DNA from: Candidatus Enterousia scatequi
GTDB taxonomy: Bacteria; Pseudomonadota; Alphaproteobacteria; Rs-D84
Assembly (NCBI GenBank): GCA_018064405.1
Contig: JAGHVG010000011.1
Location: 1-47,678, forward strand
Length of the DNA stretch: 47,678 nt
Direction: 5' to 3'
The first letter of the stretch is position 1; every line of letters begins with the position of its first letter. Shown piece by piece: positions 31,385-40,201 of this stretch. The translations under genes and the position numbers were made by a program. The notes below the pieces were generated by a model. That model had not been told where the DNA came from and made no database searches. It was given only the letters and a program-made list of their open reading frames with translations.

Positions 31385-32053
31385 TTAGAAACCTTTTGGC
31401 GTTGTCATTTTGATGCTAGATACTTTCTTGTTTAATGCTGATACGACTTCGTTTGTAATATCCAAATTTTTAACCGCTGGATTTGTACGTGCAAAACGGC
31501 CGTCAACAACCAAAGACAGATTTTTCTTTTTGATGATGCCTTCAATTACAGGATCAAGGTGTTTTGATTGAATTTCCGCCAATGCCTTCTGGTATGAGGC
31601 TTCAATGCTTTGTGCACGTTCGGTTAAATCGCGTTGCAAATCATTAACGCGTTTTTGATAGTCAACAACACGTCTTTGCAATGCTTCCTGTGACAGAGCG
31701 CCCTGTGATTTTTCAATTTCTGTTTTTTCTTTTTCTAGTTTTTTCTGTTGTGATGTTAAATCGTCACGCAACTTTTTTTCAAATGTTTCACGTTGCTTAC
31801 GCAAAGATTCCAACGCCTTGGCTTCGGTTTGTATTGCATCCATACGAACAACCGCTATGCGTAAATCTGCGCCAGTGACGGCATCTTTGGATACTTCTGA
31901 TATTGCGGTATCAACGCTAACTGTGCGGTGAGATATTGAATATATGCCCCACGCGCCAAGGATTGCAACAATCAAAACAATTGCGGCAATAATACCAGTT
32001 TTTTTGTATTTAACGATTATTTCATTGATTTGTTCTTTTTTTATTTTAGCCAT
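31385..32053 (-). CDS. skp: OmpH/Skp-family periplasmic chaperone
   Basis: RIAVVRMDAI, long coiled coil, LSLVVD, LDITNEVVSALN. Has an N-terminal membrane anchor. Confidence 0.8.
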   Translation of the reverse strand: MAKIKKEQINEIIVKYKKTGIIAAIVLIVAILGAWGIYSISHRTVSVDTAISEVSKDAVTGADLRIAVVRMDAIQTEAKALESLRKQRETFEKKLRDDLTSQQKKLEKEKTEIEKSQGALSQEALQRRVVDYQKRVNDLQRDLTERAQSIEASYQKALAEIQSKHLDPVIEGIIKKKNLSLVVDGRFARTNPAVKNLDITNEVVSALNKKVSSIKMTTPKGF

Positions 32054-32132
32054 TTTTCCATCCTTTTTGATTAATTGGTTGGGCTAAGTATAGCAATATA
32101 ATTTATAAAAGTAAAACAGAAATCTGTGTTTT

Positions 32133-32807
32133 TTAGCGGGCAGGGCTAATACGAATTTCAACCCTGCGATTCGTTAAACGACCAATATCATCTTGTGCTG
32201 CGATGGGTCGTGATGCCCCACGTCCGACAATAAACATCCGTGCGGGTAATATATCATGTTGCGCCAGGTAAACCCCAACGCGCTGCGCCATATCCATAGA
32301 TAATGTATTCGCCGCAGCAGAATTACGCATGGCGTCTGTATATCCAGCAATTTCAATGAATGTTGCGTTGTATTTTTTCAATATTGCAGATATTGTTTTT
32401 AGTGTGTCATCACCTGTTTCAGATATGTCGGGTGCATTCAGTTCCATAATGGCATCGCGTACCAAAATAACCACAACATCAGATCCGGCGCGTTGAACTG
32501 ATATTCCGGGCTTTCGCAAGGCGTCATACAACTCATATTCCAACTTTGACATATATGCGACGTTTATTGCGTTATCACTAAGTGGTTGGTTTTTGCCAAA
32601 ATCTGATGTGACAGATTTGATAATATTATCATCAATTACCTGGCCACCAGCACCGACATATACAGGTCGTTTAGCCATGCGGGATACTTCGTTCATGTCT
32701 GTAAAAGATGCCCCACGCAGATATGTTCCCCATGCTTCATGTGCAGGGCTGTGATATTCGGCACATCCGCATAATAAAATTGGCAAAATAATGTATCTAA
32801 ATTTCAT
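32133..32807 (-). CDS. OmpA-C domain lipoprotein (YiaD-like)
   Basis: Lipobox LCGC, IEIAGYTD, NTLSMDMAQRV, GRGASRPIA, NRRVEIRI. Confidence 0.88.
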   Translation of the reverse strand: MKFRYIILPILLCGCAEYHSPAHEAWGTYLRGASFTDMNEVSRMAKRPVYVGAGGQVIDDNIIKSVTSDFGKNQPLSDNAINVAYMSKLEYELYDALRKPGISVQRAGSDVVVILVRDAIMELNAPDISETGDDTLKTISAILKKYNATFIEIAGYTDAMRNSAAANTLSMDMAQRVGVYLAQHDILPARMFIVGRGASRPIAAQDDIGRLTNRRVEIRISPAR

Positions 32808-33265
32808 TATTCAACAATAAATGATATTTGGTTCGTATCTGATGAAAAACAATGTTGTATAATTTCTGTGTCAAAACCATTAATTACCACAGATTTTGCC
32901 CATGTAAGCACGGTGTTGGCAAAATATGCACATTCACTATTTGTAAGACCGTTTAGATTTATAGAAAATGTTTTGCCATCTATGCTGGGACTAATTGACC
33001 AGTTGTCATCACCCAATGGGGCCTTGTCAGATTGCAGGGCGCCCGCCTTTATCAAATAATCAATAGATACACCATCGTACGTTTCGTGTTGCCCAAGCAG
33101 GATTTTTGTATCGTTTGCGATATCCTGCATTTTATTAGCCGCAATAACGCGAATTTGGTTTGAACGAACTGATTGGTATGTTGCAATAACGCCCGCAGTC
33201 ATTGCCAAACCAATGGCCAACACACCAACAACTTCAATCAATGAACGCCCAGATTCTGTTTTCAT
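32807..33265 (-). CDS. Type IV pilin, PilS-like major pilin candidate
   Basis: Class III signal MKTESG|RSLIEVVGVLAIG with E5, YDGVS..LIKAG, FSINLNGLTNSEC, C-terminal Cys pair. Confidence 0.8.
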   Translation of the reverse strand: MKTESGRSLIEVVGVLAIGLAMTAGVIATYQSVRSNQIRVIAANKMQDIANDTKILLGQHETYDGVSIDYLIKAGALQSDKAPLGDDNWSISPSIDGKTFSINLNGLTNSECAYFANTVLTWAKSVVINGFDTEIIQHCFSSDTNQISFIVE

Positions 33266-33280
33266 ATTTAATCCTTTGTT

Positions 33281-34807
33281 TTATTTTGACACATCAACAA
33301 CTTCTGCATCTGTGAACAGGTTCATTGCGCTAGCCACCAAGGGGTCTGCTTCCAGTTCTTGCTGTGTTTTTTCTGTTTGTGTTTTGACATGGCAAGATTC
33401 CGTTGCGGCATTCAATTTCCATGTTTTTCCAGTGTATTTTTCCAACCATGCAGATAGTTTGTGTGGAAAATCAGCATTGCCACCACGATCAAAATACGTT
33501 ATTTTGCCATCAGTAATTTCACATATTTCTATATTGGCCATATAATAAGCATATAAAATTATTTCTTTAGCTGCCTGCATAGCGGCACCTAATTCATCAA
33601 TGGTGCTTATTTTTTTTGTAGTGCTTTGTGTGATTGGTGTTGGCTTTGCTGGCTGTGATGCGACCCCACCAGATTTTAAAATTTCCTGAACAGATGGTAA
33701 ATCGGCAATATGCATCATACGCACAATTAGCATGTCAAAGCATTGTTTTTGATTTCCTGCGGCCTGCATTTCAGGCATAGAAGCGACCATGACCTGCCAC
33801 AAACGCGACAAAGTATTCAATGTTACATGTGAATCCATCTGGATTATTTTTTCGCGTTGTTCCGCGGTATATGGGGAATTACCGGCATCGCCAATAGACA
33901 GGGCAGGGTGCATACGTGTTGCCCAATGTGTTAATTCCATTATGTCGCCCAACAACATTGTCAGGTCGGCACCGTTTGTATAAATTTGATCAGCCATAGC
34001 AAGGGCGGCACCCGTGTCCCCAGAAAGTATTGTTTTCATAAACCCAACAACAACCCCACGATCAGCACGTTTTAGCATATCCAGAACCGCCTGTTCATCA
34101 ACGTGACCACCTGTTTGTGCAATTGCTTGATCTAATAAAGATAACCCATCACGAACAGACCCATCGGCCGCACGTGCAATCATTTCGTTTGCACTGTCCG
34201 ATAATTCTATTTTTTCCTGTGTTGCAATCCAGGCAAAATGTTTTTTTAATACTTCAACAGGAACACGTGCCAAATCAAATCGTTGGCAGCGCGATAATAT
34301 TGTCACAGGAACCTTGCGAATTTCAGTTGTTGCCAATATAAAAATAACGTGTGCAGGGGGTTCTTCCAGTGTTTTTAACAGTGCATTAAACGCAGCGGTG
34401 GATAACATGTGGACTTCGTCAATAATATAAACCTTATAACGACCGTTGGTTGGACGATACTGTGATGCGTCCAGAATGTCGCGTATATTATCAACACCTG
34501 TATGTGATGCAGCGTCAATTTCAATAACATCAATGTGTTGTCCTGCGGCAATCGCACGACAATTTTCACAAACACCACATGGGGTTGCCGTTGGGCCATC
34601 AGACGACAAACAATTTAATGCCTTGGCTAAAATACGTGCAGTGCTGGTTTTCCCAGTTCCGCGAATTCCTGTAAAAACATAGGCGTGGGCAATACGTCCA
34701 GTTTTAATTGCAGTTGTTAATGTTTTTACCAAAACATCCTGTCCAATTAAAGTTGTAAAATCTTGACTGCGGTATTTTCTTGCCAGAACAGTATAGTCAT
34801 TATCCAT
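33281..34807 (-). CDS. dnaX: DNA polymerase III subunit tau/gamma
   Basis: VLARKYR, GIRGTGKTS, zinc module, IIDEVHMLS, LLKTLEEPP, TILSRCQRF. Confidence 0.98.
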   Translation of the reverse strand: MDNDYTVLARKYRSQDFTTLIGQDVLVKTLTTAIKTGRIAHAYVFTGIRGTGKTSTARILAKALNCLSSDGPTATPCGVCENCRAIAAGQHIDVIEIDAASHTGVDNIRDILDASQYRPTNGRYKVYIIDEVHMLSTAAFNALLKTLEEPPAHVIFILATTEIRKVPVTILSRCQRFDLARVPVEVLKKHFAWIATQEKIELSDSANEMIARAADGSVRDGLSLLDQAIAQTGGHVDEQAVLDMLKRADRGVVVGFMKTILSGDTGAALAMADQIYTNGADLTMLLGDIMELTHWATRMHPALSIGDAGNSPYTAEQREKIIQMDSHVTLNTLSRLWQVMVASMPEMQAAGNQKQCFDMLIVRMMHIADLPSVQEILKSGGVASQPAKPTPITQSTTKKISTIDELGAAMQAAKEIILYAYYMANIEICEITDGKITYFDRGGNADFPHKLSAWLEKYTGKTWKLNAATESCHVKTQTEKTQQELEADPLVASAMNLFTDAEVVDVSK

Positions 34808-34886
34808 TGATTCTTCCTTTTGCCATCAGCATAGCAAAGTAATGTGAAATTTCAATAAAAAAGCGCACCAGACGATGCGCTAAAAT

Positions 34887-35204
34887 TTACTTTAAATTCT
34901 GAATAAAATCAGGGAACCCTAGGTCTTCTTCTTCGTTGTTATCACCGGGTTCGGATGCATCAGGTGCATCTGGAATAATATCTTCGGCTGGCGTTTTATC
35001 CTTAGGGTCGCGTGTTGAATCAATCTTGCTTTGTTCTTCGTTGACAATACGGCAATAATGCTCTGCGGCTTGCAGCAAGCGTTCACGTTCAACTTCATCA
35101 TTTGTCTGACGTGCCATGTCAATATATTGTTTTCGTTTTTGGCGCCATTTGTGACACCGTTGTATCATCATACCTACGTTGGATGTTTGTTTTTTTGTTG
35201 CCAT
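34887..35204 (-). CDS. DUF4167-like alphaproteobacterial protein
   Basis: YIDMAR...ERLLQAAEHYCRI resembles the DUF4167 motif; acidic tail ending FPDFI. Confidence 0.65.
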   Translation of the reverse strand: MATKKQTSNVGMMIQRCHKWRQKRKQYIDMARQTNDEVERERLLQAAEHYCRIVNEEQSKIDSTRDPKDKTPAEDIIPDAPDASEPGDNNEEEDLGFPDFIQNLK

Positions 35205-35300
35205 AATATTTTCTTTTAATTTTAATTTGAAGGAAATCATGCGTTGTGCAAACTATTAACCTTTGCCAACGCTTTCAATTCTAGAATATATCAAAACCAT

Positions 35301-35329
35301 TTGCAATATTTTTTTTCAATTGCTAATCT
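35301..35329 (+). promoter_or_regulatory. Putative promoter of the PilV-like operon
   Basis: TTGCAA-N17-TAATCT with TG extension, followed by a G7 RBS before TTG 35350. Confidence 0.55.
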
Positions 35330-35349
35330 TTTGTACGTAGGGGGGGATT

Positions 35350-36711
35350 TTGCATAAACAAAGTGGTAATTTTTTATTACAAGCATTGTTGGCATTAACG
35401 GTAATGTTTGCGTTTATCCCTATGGTTGTTGGGCGCATATCATCGCGTGATTTGGATGCCAAGATGTATGCCACAACCAACCAGATAGAAATATTTCAAA
35501 CAGTTGCACGTATATATGTTCGTGAAAATGCGGATGGGTTATCGTATGGTCAGACAATTTTGTCGGGTAATGCGTTGATTGATGCTCTTGAACCTTATGG
35601 GTTGCCGATTGGTTTTAGGTCGCGTACAGCATTGGATCAGGATGTTCGGGTGATTGTTGATAAATCACCAACGGATATAATCGCAGGTATAGAAATTATT
35701 GGTGGTAAAACGTCTGAACTAGATAATGCTGAATTGGCTAGGCGTATTGGTTTTTATGCAACAACTATTGATAATGGCGTATATGTTGGTGTGGTTTTAT
35801 CAGATTCGTATTCTGATGTGGTTCGTCGTAATGAAACAAATCTAACGAATAGTCGTTTCTTGAATGATTTAGATATGGGTGATAATTCGTTGTCTGGTGC
35901 GGTCAGTGTTTCGGGACATAACGGGGTTTTTGAAACGGGTCAGTTTGATAACATCAGTATTTCTGGAATTGAAACAGACCGAAAAATAAAAAATACAATT
36001 AAAACAATAATTACAGATAAAACTGTTTTTCAATCCAGGACGGGTGAAACGGCACTAACTTTGACACGTGGAACGTTGTCGGCAAAAAATGTAACAACAC
36101 GAACTATTGCTGAATATGGCGATACAGGCAATTTAACCGCCAGGGTTGCTGGGGTATATGATTTTTCTATGACTGCGGGGCGGACAGGATTTACTGGACC
36201 ACTAGATTGGTCTGTGCACGGCAGTTTGATATCAGATCGTATAAATTTTTCAGTTGAACGTTTAGACATAAGTTCATATTTAAATGCGGCAAGTGGTCAA
36301 GATGTTTATATTGATTCTTCGTCATCAGAATTAACATATTCGTCAAACAGCGGTATTGATACTGGAACAATATTTGCATCAAATATTACGTTGCGAGATC
36401 AGACGTCTGGGGGAATAAATCTGGGGGCGTCGGGTGGAATAATTGTTGATGTCCGCCCTGCGGGAACATCTGTGTTGCCGGATGTTTATATTGAATCAAT
36501 CAATAATGATGATATTGAAATTCTTGCGGATCCTGCTGGTGCTGATGCACAAACAGAAACGTGCAAATCTATAATTTCAGATTTGGGAAAAACATATAAT
36601 TCACATTCACTGGCACAAAAAATTATATGCGAATATGTTTTTTGGCAACGCCTGGAAAAACGTATAGATATAAAACAATGTATGTTAAGTGGTGGAAATG
36701 GTTGTATGTAA
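35350..36711 (+). CDS. Minor pilin/adhesin, shufflon PilV N-terminal-like (paralog 1)
   Basis: MHKQSG|NFLLQALLAL, ELARRIG, RFLNDLDMGDN, beta-rich stalk, C-terminal Cys residues. Confidence 0.65.
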   Translation: MHKQSGNFLLQALLALTVMFAFIPMVVGRISSRDLDAKMYATTNQIEIFQTVARIYVRENADGLSYGQTILSGNALIDALEPYGLPIGFRSRTALDQDVRVIVDKSPTDIIAGIEIIGGKTSELDNAELARRIGFYATTIDNGVYVGVVLSDSYSDVVRRNETNLTNSRFLNDLDMGDNSLSGAVSVSGHNGVFETGQFDNISISGIETDRKIKNTIKTIITDKTVFQSRTGETALTLTRGTLSAKNVTTRTIAEYGDTGNLTARVAGVYDFSMTAGRTGFTGPLDWSVHGSLISDRINFSVERLDISSYLNAASGQDVYIDSSSSELTYSSNSGIDTGTIFASNITLRDQTSGGINLGASGGIIVDVRPAGTSVLPDVYIESINNDDIEILADPAGADAQTETCKSIISDLGKTYNSHSLAQKIICEYVFWQRLEKRIDIKQCMLSGGNGCM

Positions 36712-37906
36712 AATAAAATCTTTTAAAGATGATTTGTGTGGCGCCAGTATAATAGAGGTCGTGCTGGCGATGGCTATTGTTGGCCTGGCAACACCGTTTA
36801 TATATAACCAGATTGCGCGTGTTAATCAAGAACTACGCTATGTGTCCGCAGCGAATAAAATCGTATCTGTGCGTAATGGTGTTCTGAATTTAATTAGAAT
36901 AAATCAGGGGGATTGGCCTGATGTTGCACAAATTGAATTAACAGACGAAGAGTTGGGGTCAATATCGTCAAACGTATCATCTGGGTTTATAGATAAATAT
37001 GCTGTGTCTGGCGCAACGGTTACAGATGCATATTTAGCTTTTGATATGGCAGACAATGTCTTGGAAGCAAATAAAATTGCAGAAAAAATAGGTTATGATG
37101 CAGCGGTGGTTGGTCCTGATGGCATAGCGCATGGCCAGGATTGGGCGGTTGGTGCACCTAATTTTATTGAAGGTCAAATCATATATAAAATATCACGTGA
37201 TTTATCGGGTCAGGATAGATCTAAATATTTACATCGTGGGTCGTCTGGGGATGAACATTTAAATCAGATGCAACGTGATTTGGATATGGGGGGTAATGAA
37301 ATTTCAGATGTGGGCAGTGTTATTGCTAATTCTGCAAAAATACAGAATACAAATGTGACATTTGTTGATATAGAAGATTTATATTCTAATTCGGTATACT
37401 TTTCATCGGGCGCAAATATGGATGGTGCAAATGTTAATATCAATTCGTTGCGCGTCACAGGTGATACGACTGGGTTTAAAAATATTGTTGCAGATACATT
37501 TAATAATAAGGGTCACACAACGACGGGTCGTATAATAACAGACAAGGCAACGATTAATAATAAAATAGATGTGTCAAAAGATTTTGTGTTAAAATCTGAC
37601 AGTGTTCGCACTATTAGTGGTTTTACAGTGATGTCTGCAAATTCTGCGTTTGTTCCGTTTGTTTCAACAGACGAGATGATTTTTTATAATAATTACGGTT
37701 TAACGGTCACAGGTGAATTGTTGTTGTCCAGTAATGCGCCATTAAGGATTGGAAATTGGTCGTTCCCATCAAATAATTTACCAACGTTTCGTCAGTTTAC
37801 ATTAAGTCGTGCAAATATCAATCCTGCACCAACGTCACGTGAGTTTCCTGCGATGTATAACAGTGCATGGCAAACAATCAGCCCAGAGGATCAAGTAATT
37901 CAATGA
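36698..37906 (+). CDS. Minor pilin/adhesin, shufflon PilV N-terminal-like (paralog 2)
   Basis: G|ASIIEVVLAMAIVG, KIAEKIG..AHGQDW, KYLHR...LNQMQRDLDMGGNEISDV. Confidence 0.75.
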   Translation: MVVCKIKSFKDDLCGASIIEVVLAMAIVGLATPFIYNQIARVNQELRYVSAANKIVSVRNGVLNLIRINQGDWPDVAQIELTDEELGSISSNVSSGFIDKYAVSGATVTDAYLAFDMADNVLEANKIAEKIGYDAAVVGPDGIAHGQDWAVGAPNFIEGQIIYKISRDLSGQDRSKYLHRGSSGDEHLNQMQRDLDMGGNEISDVGSVIANSAKIQNTNVTFVDIEDLYSNSVYFSSGANMDGANVNINSLRVTGDTTGFKNIVADTFNNKGHTTTGRIITDKATINNKIDVSKDFVLKSDSVRTISGFTVMSANSAFVPFVSTDEMIFYNNYGLTVTGELLLSSNAPLRIGNWSFPSNNLPTFRQFTLSRANINPAPTSREFPAMYNSAWQTISPEDQVIQ

Positions 37907-39213
37907 TGTGTTGTGATAACTTTTTTTCGGATAATAAATCGCATGGCGGAATTTTGGCCGAATTGTTATTGAGTGTTGCGCTGGCAATGATGGCGATTCC
38001 GTTCGTATTTAAGTATCAACAGGATGCATTAACGCGTGCTGAAAATATTGAAATAACCAACAGCATGAAGAAAATTCAAACTGCGCTTGAACGGTATATA
38101 TCTATGAATCGTGAAAATCTGCTTAAAACAGTTGGTAAAAATATTACACGTTTGGAAATGTCTGATTTGGAACCTTACGGTGTAGATGCAGGTGTCATAG
38201 AAGACGAGCAGGATAAATATCAATTAAGAATCTTGAAATCATTGGATTCTAATGGCCAGGCAACATTGCAAGGCATAGTTGTTTATTCTGATTCAGATAT
38301 AACACCGCTGCGTACACGCCAGTTGGTTTCAATGGATCATAGTATGGGGTTTGTGGACGGGACGCGTGCGTATGGAGCATATGGTGTGTGGCGTACAGAC
38401 ACGGTTGATTTGGGAATTTCTGGTACAGATGGTATTATTCAAACAACCCCAGTAAAACGTGATAATGCATTATATTTATGGCGAATTCCATCCTCAGATG
38501 CCCAGGATGCAACAATGTTATCATCACTCAGTTTGGGTGAACACGATTTAGTGAACGTAAAGTTTTTGGATGTATCTTCATTGTATTTGGATGAAAATTT
38601 AACTGTTGGAACGGCTGCGGCTAACCAAACGGTTTTTGAAAATCGTACAAACATAGATACTTCTTATACAACAGATTTAGCAACTGTTTTTGGAACAATG
38701 TCATCTGATTCGCGTGGAATGAATGTCAGTAATACATTGCTTGTTAATGATATTGCTAAATTTTCCAGTTTTACTACGGATGATTTATATGTTTCTAATT
38801 TAACGTTATCTGGTTTTTCACTTAATTCAACGAACGAAATCGCAACCATCAGAATCAGTGACCGATTGGATATGACATACGGCCGTATAAACGCATTGCA
38901 TGTGACGGTTGGGTTTGCTGGTTCTATAACCCCACGTTTGGTTGTCAGAAATAAAATTCAAGATTCAGCTGATCCGAACTATTATTGGGATGCCACTGCG
39001 TCGGTTGCTAATTTTGTAGATTTATCAATTCCTGGTCTGAACGATATGGCGACCAAGGTCGTATCAAGTGAACGTGATACTGCGACATTTGCTGGGAAAA
39101 CATTTTCAGCGATTACGACAAACAAAAATTCAACTGTTGGGGATTTTCTGTCTGGTCTGGCAGAAATTGAATCGCGCGTTCGTGCAAAATATAACATGTT
39201 GAATTTAGAATAA
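37903..39213 (+). CDS. Minor pilin/adhesin, shufflon PilV N-terminal-like (paralog 3)
   Basis: ATGA overlap with paralog 2. G|GILAELLLSVAL, ALERYISMN, GFVDGTRAYGAYGVW, YLWR...MLSSLSLGEHDLVNV. Confidence 0.75.
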   Translation: MMCCDNFFSDNKSHGGILAELLLSVALAMMAIPFVFKYQQDALTRAENIEITNSMKKIQTALERYISMNRENLLKTVGKNITRLEMSDLEPYGVDAGVIEDEQDKYQLRILKSLDSNGQATLQGIVVYSDSDITPLRTRQLVSMDHSMGFVDGTRAYGAYGVWRTDTVDLGISGTDGIIQTTPVKRDNALYLWRIPSSDAQDATMLSSLSLGEHDLVNVKFLDVSSLYLDENLTVGTAAANQTVFENRTNIDTSYTTDLATVFGTMSSDSRGMNVSNTLLVNDIAKFSSFTTDDLYVSNLTLSGFSLNSTNEIATIRISDRLDMTYGRINALHVTVGFAGSITPRLVVRNKIQDSADPNYYWDATASVANFVDLSIPGLNDMATKVVSSERDTATFAGKTFSAITTNKNSTVGDFLSGLAEIESRVRAKYNMLNLE

Positions 39214-39233
39214 TTTGTGATATAGGTAATAAT

Positions 39234-39743
39234 ATGAAAATAAAATGTGATTTTTGTAAAACAGAATATTCCGTTGATCGGATTCCGTCAACCCCAGTTC
39301 GTTGTGCAATATGCGGTCATTGTTGGGTTGCCCAAACCCCATCACGCAGAAACAATTTTTTTGTGTTTGTTGCTGCGTTGTGTGCGTTATTGTCTGCAAT
39401 TATATTTACGGTTGTTGTTATTACGCATTATAATACGACCCATCGGAACCTGAATCCGTTAATTGCTACAATAACGGCTAGCGAGATTGTCGCCGACAAT
39501 TCGGGTGTTTCGCATTTCAAGGTTCATGGGACCGTTCGTAACCAATCGGCTGAGATATATGGTGTTCCTGATTTACAGATTGTTTCATATGATGCAGACG
39601 GGAATGTTTTATATAGGCAACGCTTTGCACCATCTGGCACATTGATAGAAGGGGGGGCGTTGATTAACTTTACGCACACATTATCTGATCCGTCTGCGGG
39701 TGTGAAAAAAATATCGGCTGAATTGATAGGAATTGAAAAATGA
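39234..39743 (+). CDS. Zinc-ribbon (MJ0042-type) membrane protein with DUF3426-like domain
   Basis: CDFC...CAIC, one TM helix, VHGTVRN..VPDL Ig-like domain. Confidence 0.8.
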   Translation: MKIKCDFCKTEYSVDRIPSTPVRCAICGHCWVAQTPSRRNNFFVFVAALCALLSAIIFTVVVITHYNTTHRNLNPLIATITASEIVADNSGVSHFKVHGTVRNQSAEIYGVPDLQIVSYDADGNVLYRQRFAPSGTLIEGGALINFTHTLSDPSAGVKKISAELIGIEK

Positions 39744-40201
39744 AGAAATTATTTGCTTTTTGTTTGTGCGCATTGTTGACATCCATCGCCTTTGGTGCAG
39801 GCGAAATTATGCCTAGGGTCAGCGTTTTTTCAACTACGGTTGATTGGGCGGCGGTAACAGGATTGTCACTGCATCAATATAGCGGACATTTTGTTGGTAA
39901 AAACAAGGTCTTGGTAAAGGATGGTTTGGTATTATATTACCTGGATTCGTTCCCATGCTATGGTGAATCGGACAGTGTTCGTGTTTGGATTGATAAAAAT
40001 GGTAAAACAGACAATCATTTGCGTATTGTCTGTGTTCATGAGCCAACAGAAATAAAATTTGCGTGGCGTAATGCCGAACGTAACGCGACCCAGAATACGA
40101 CAACGGGTTTGCTGGAATGCCCGGTCAATACGGTTGGTCGTGAATTCAATATTGATTTATCTGAATGCAAGGTTGATAAAGATTGGCAAGAGTATAAGTA
40201 A
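39740..40201 (+). CDS. Hypothetical exported protein
   Basis: ATGA overlap, signal peptide, four Cys in the mature part. Confidence 0.7.
   Translation: MKKLFAFCLCALLTSIAFGAGEIMPRVSVFSTTVDWAAVTGLSLHQYSGHFVGKNKVLVKDGLVLYYLDSFPCYGESDSVRVWIDKNGKTDNHLRIVCVHEPTEIKFAWRNAERNATQNTTTGLLECPVNTVGREFNIDLSECKVDKDWQEYK

Noticed and set aside
34841-34850. Additional parS-like half-sites (ATGTGAAAT here and near 44330)
   Set aside because: Only half-sites; the palindromic partner is missing.
35350-39300. Shufflon (invertible C-terminal cassettes)
   Set aside because: No tyrosine recombinase, no sfx-like repeats and no inverted partial ORFs seen; each gene has its own pilin N-terminus.
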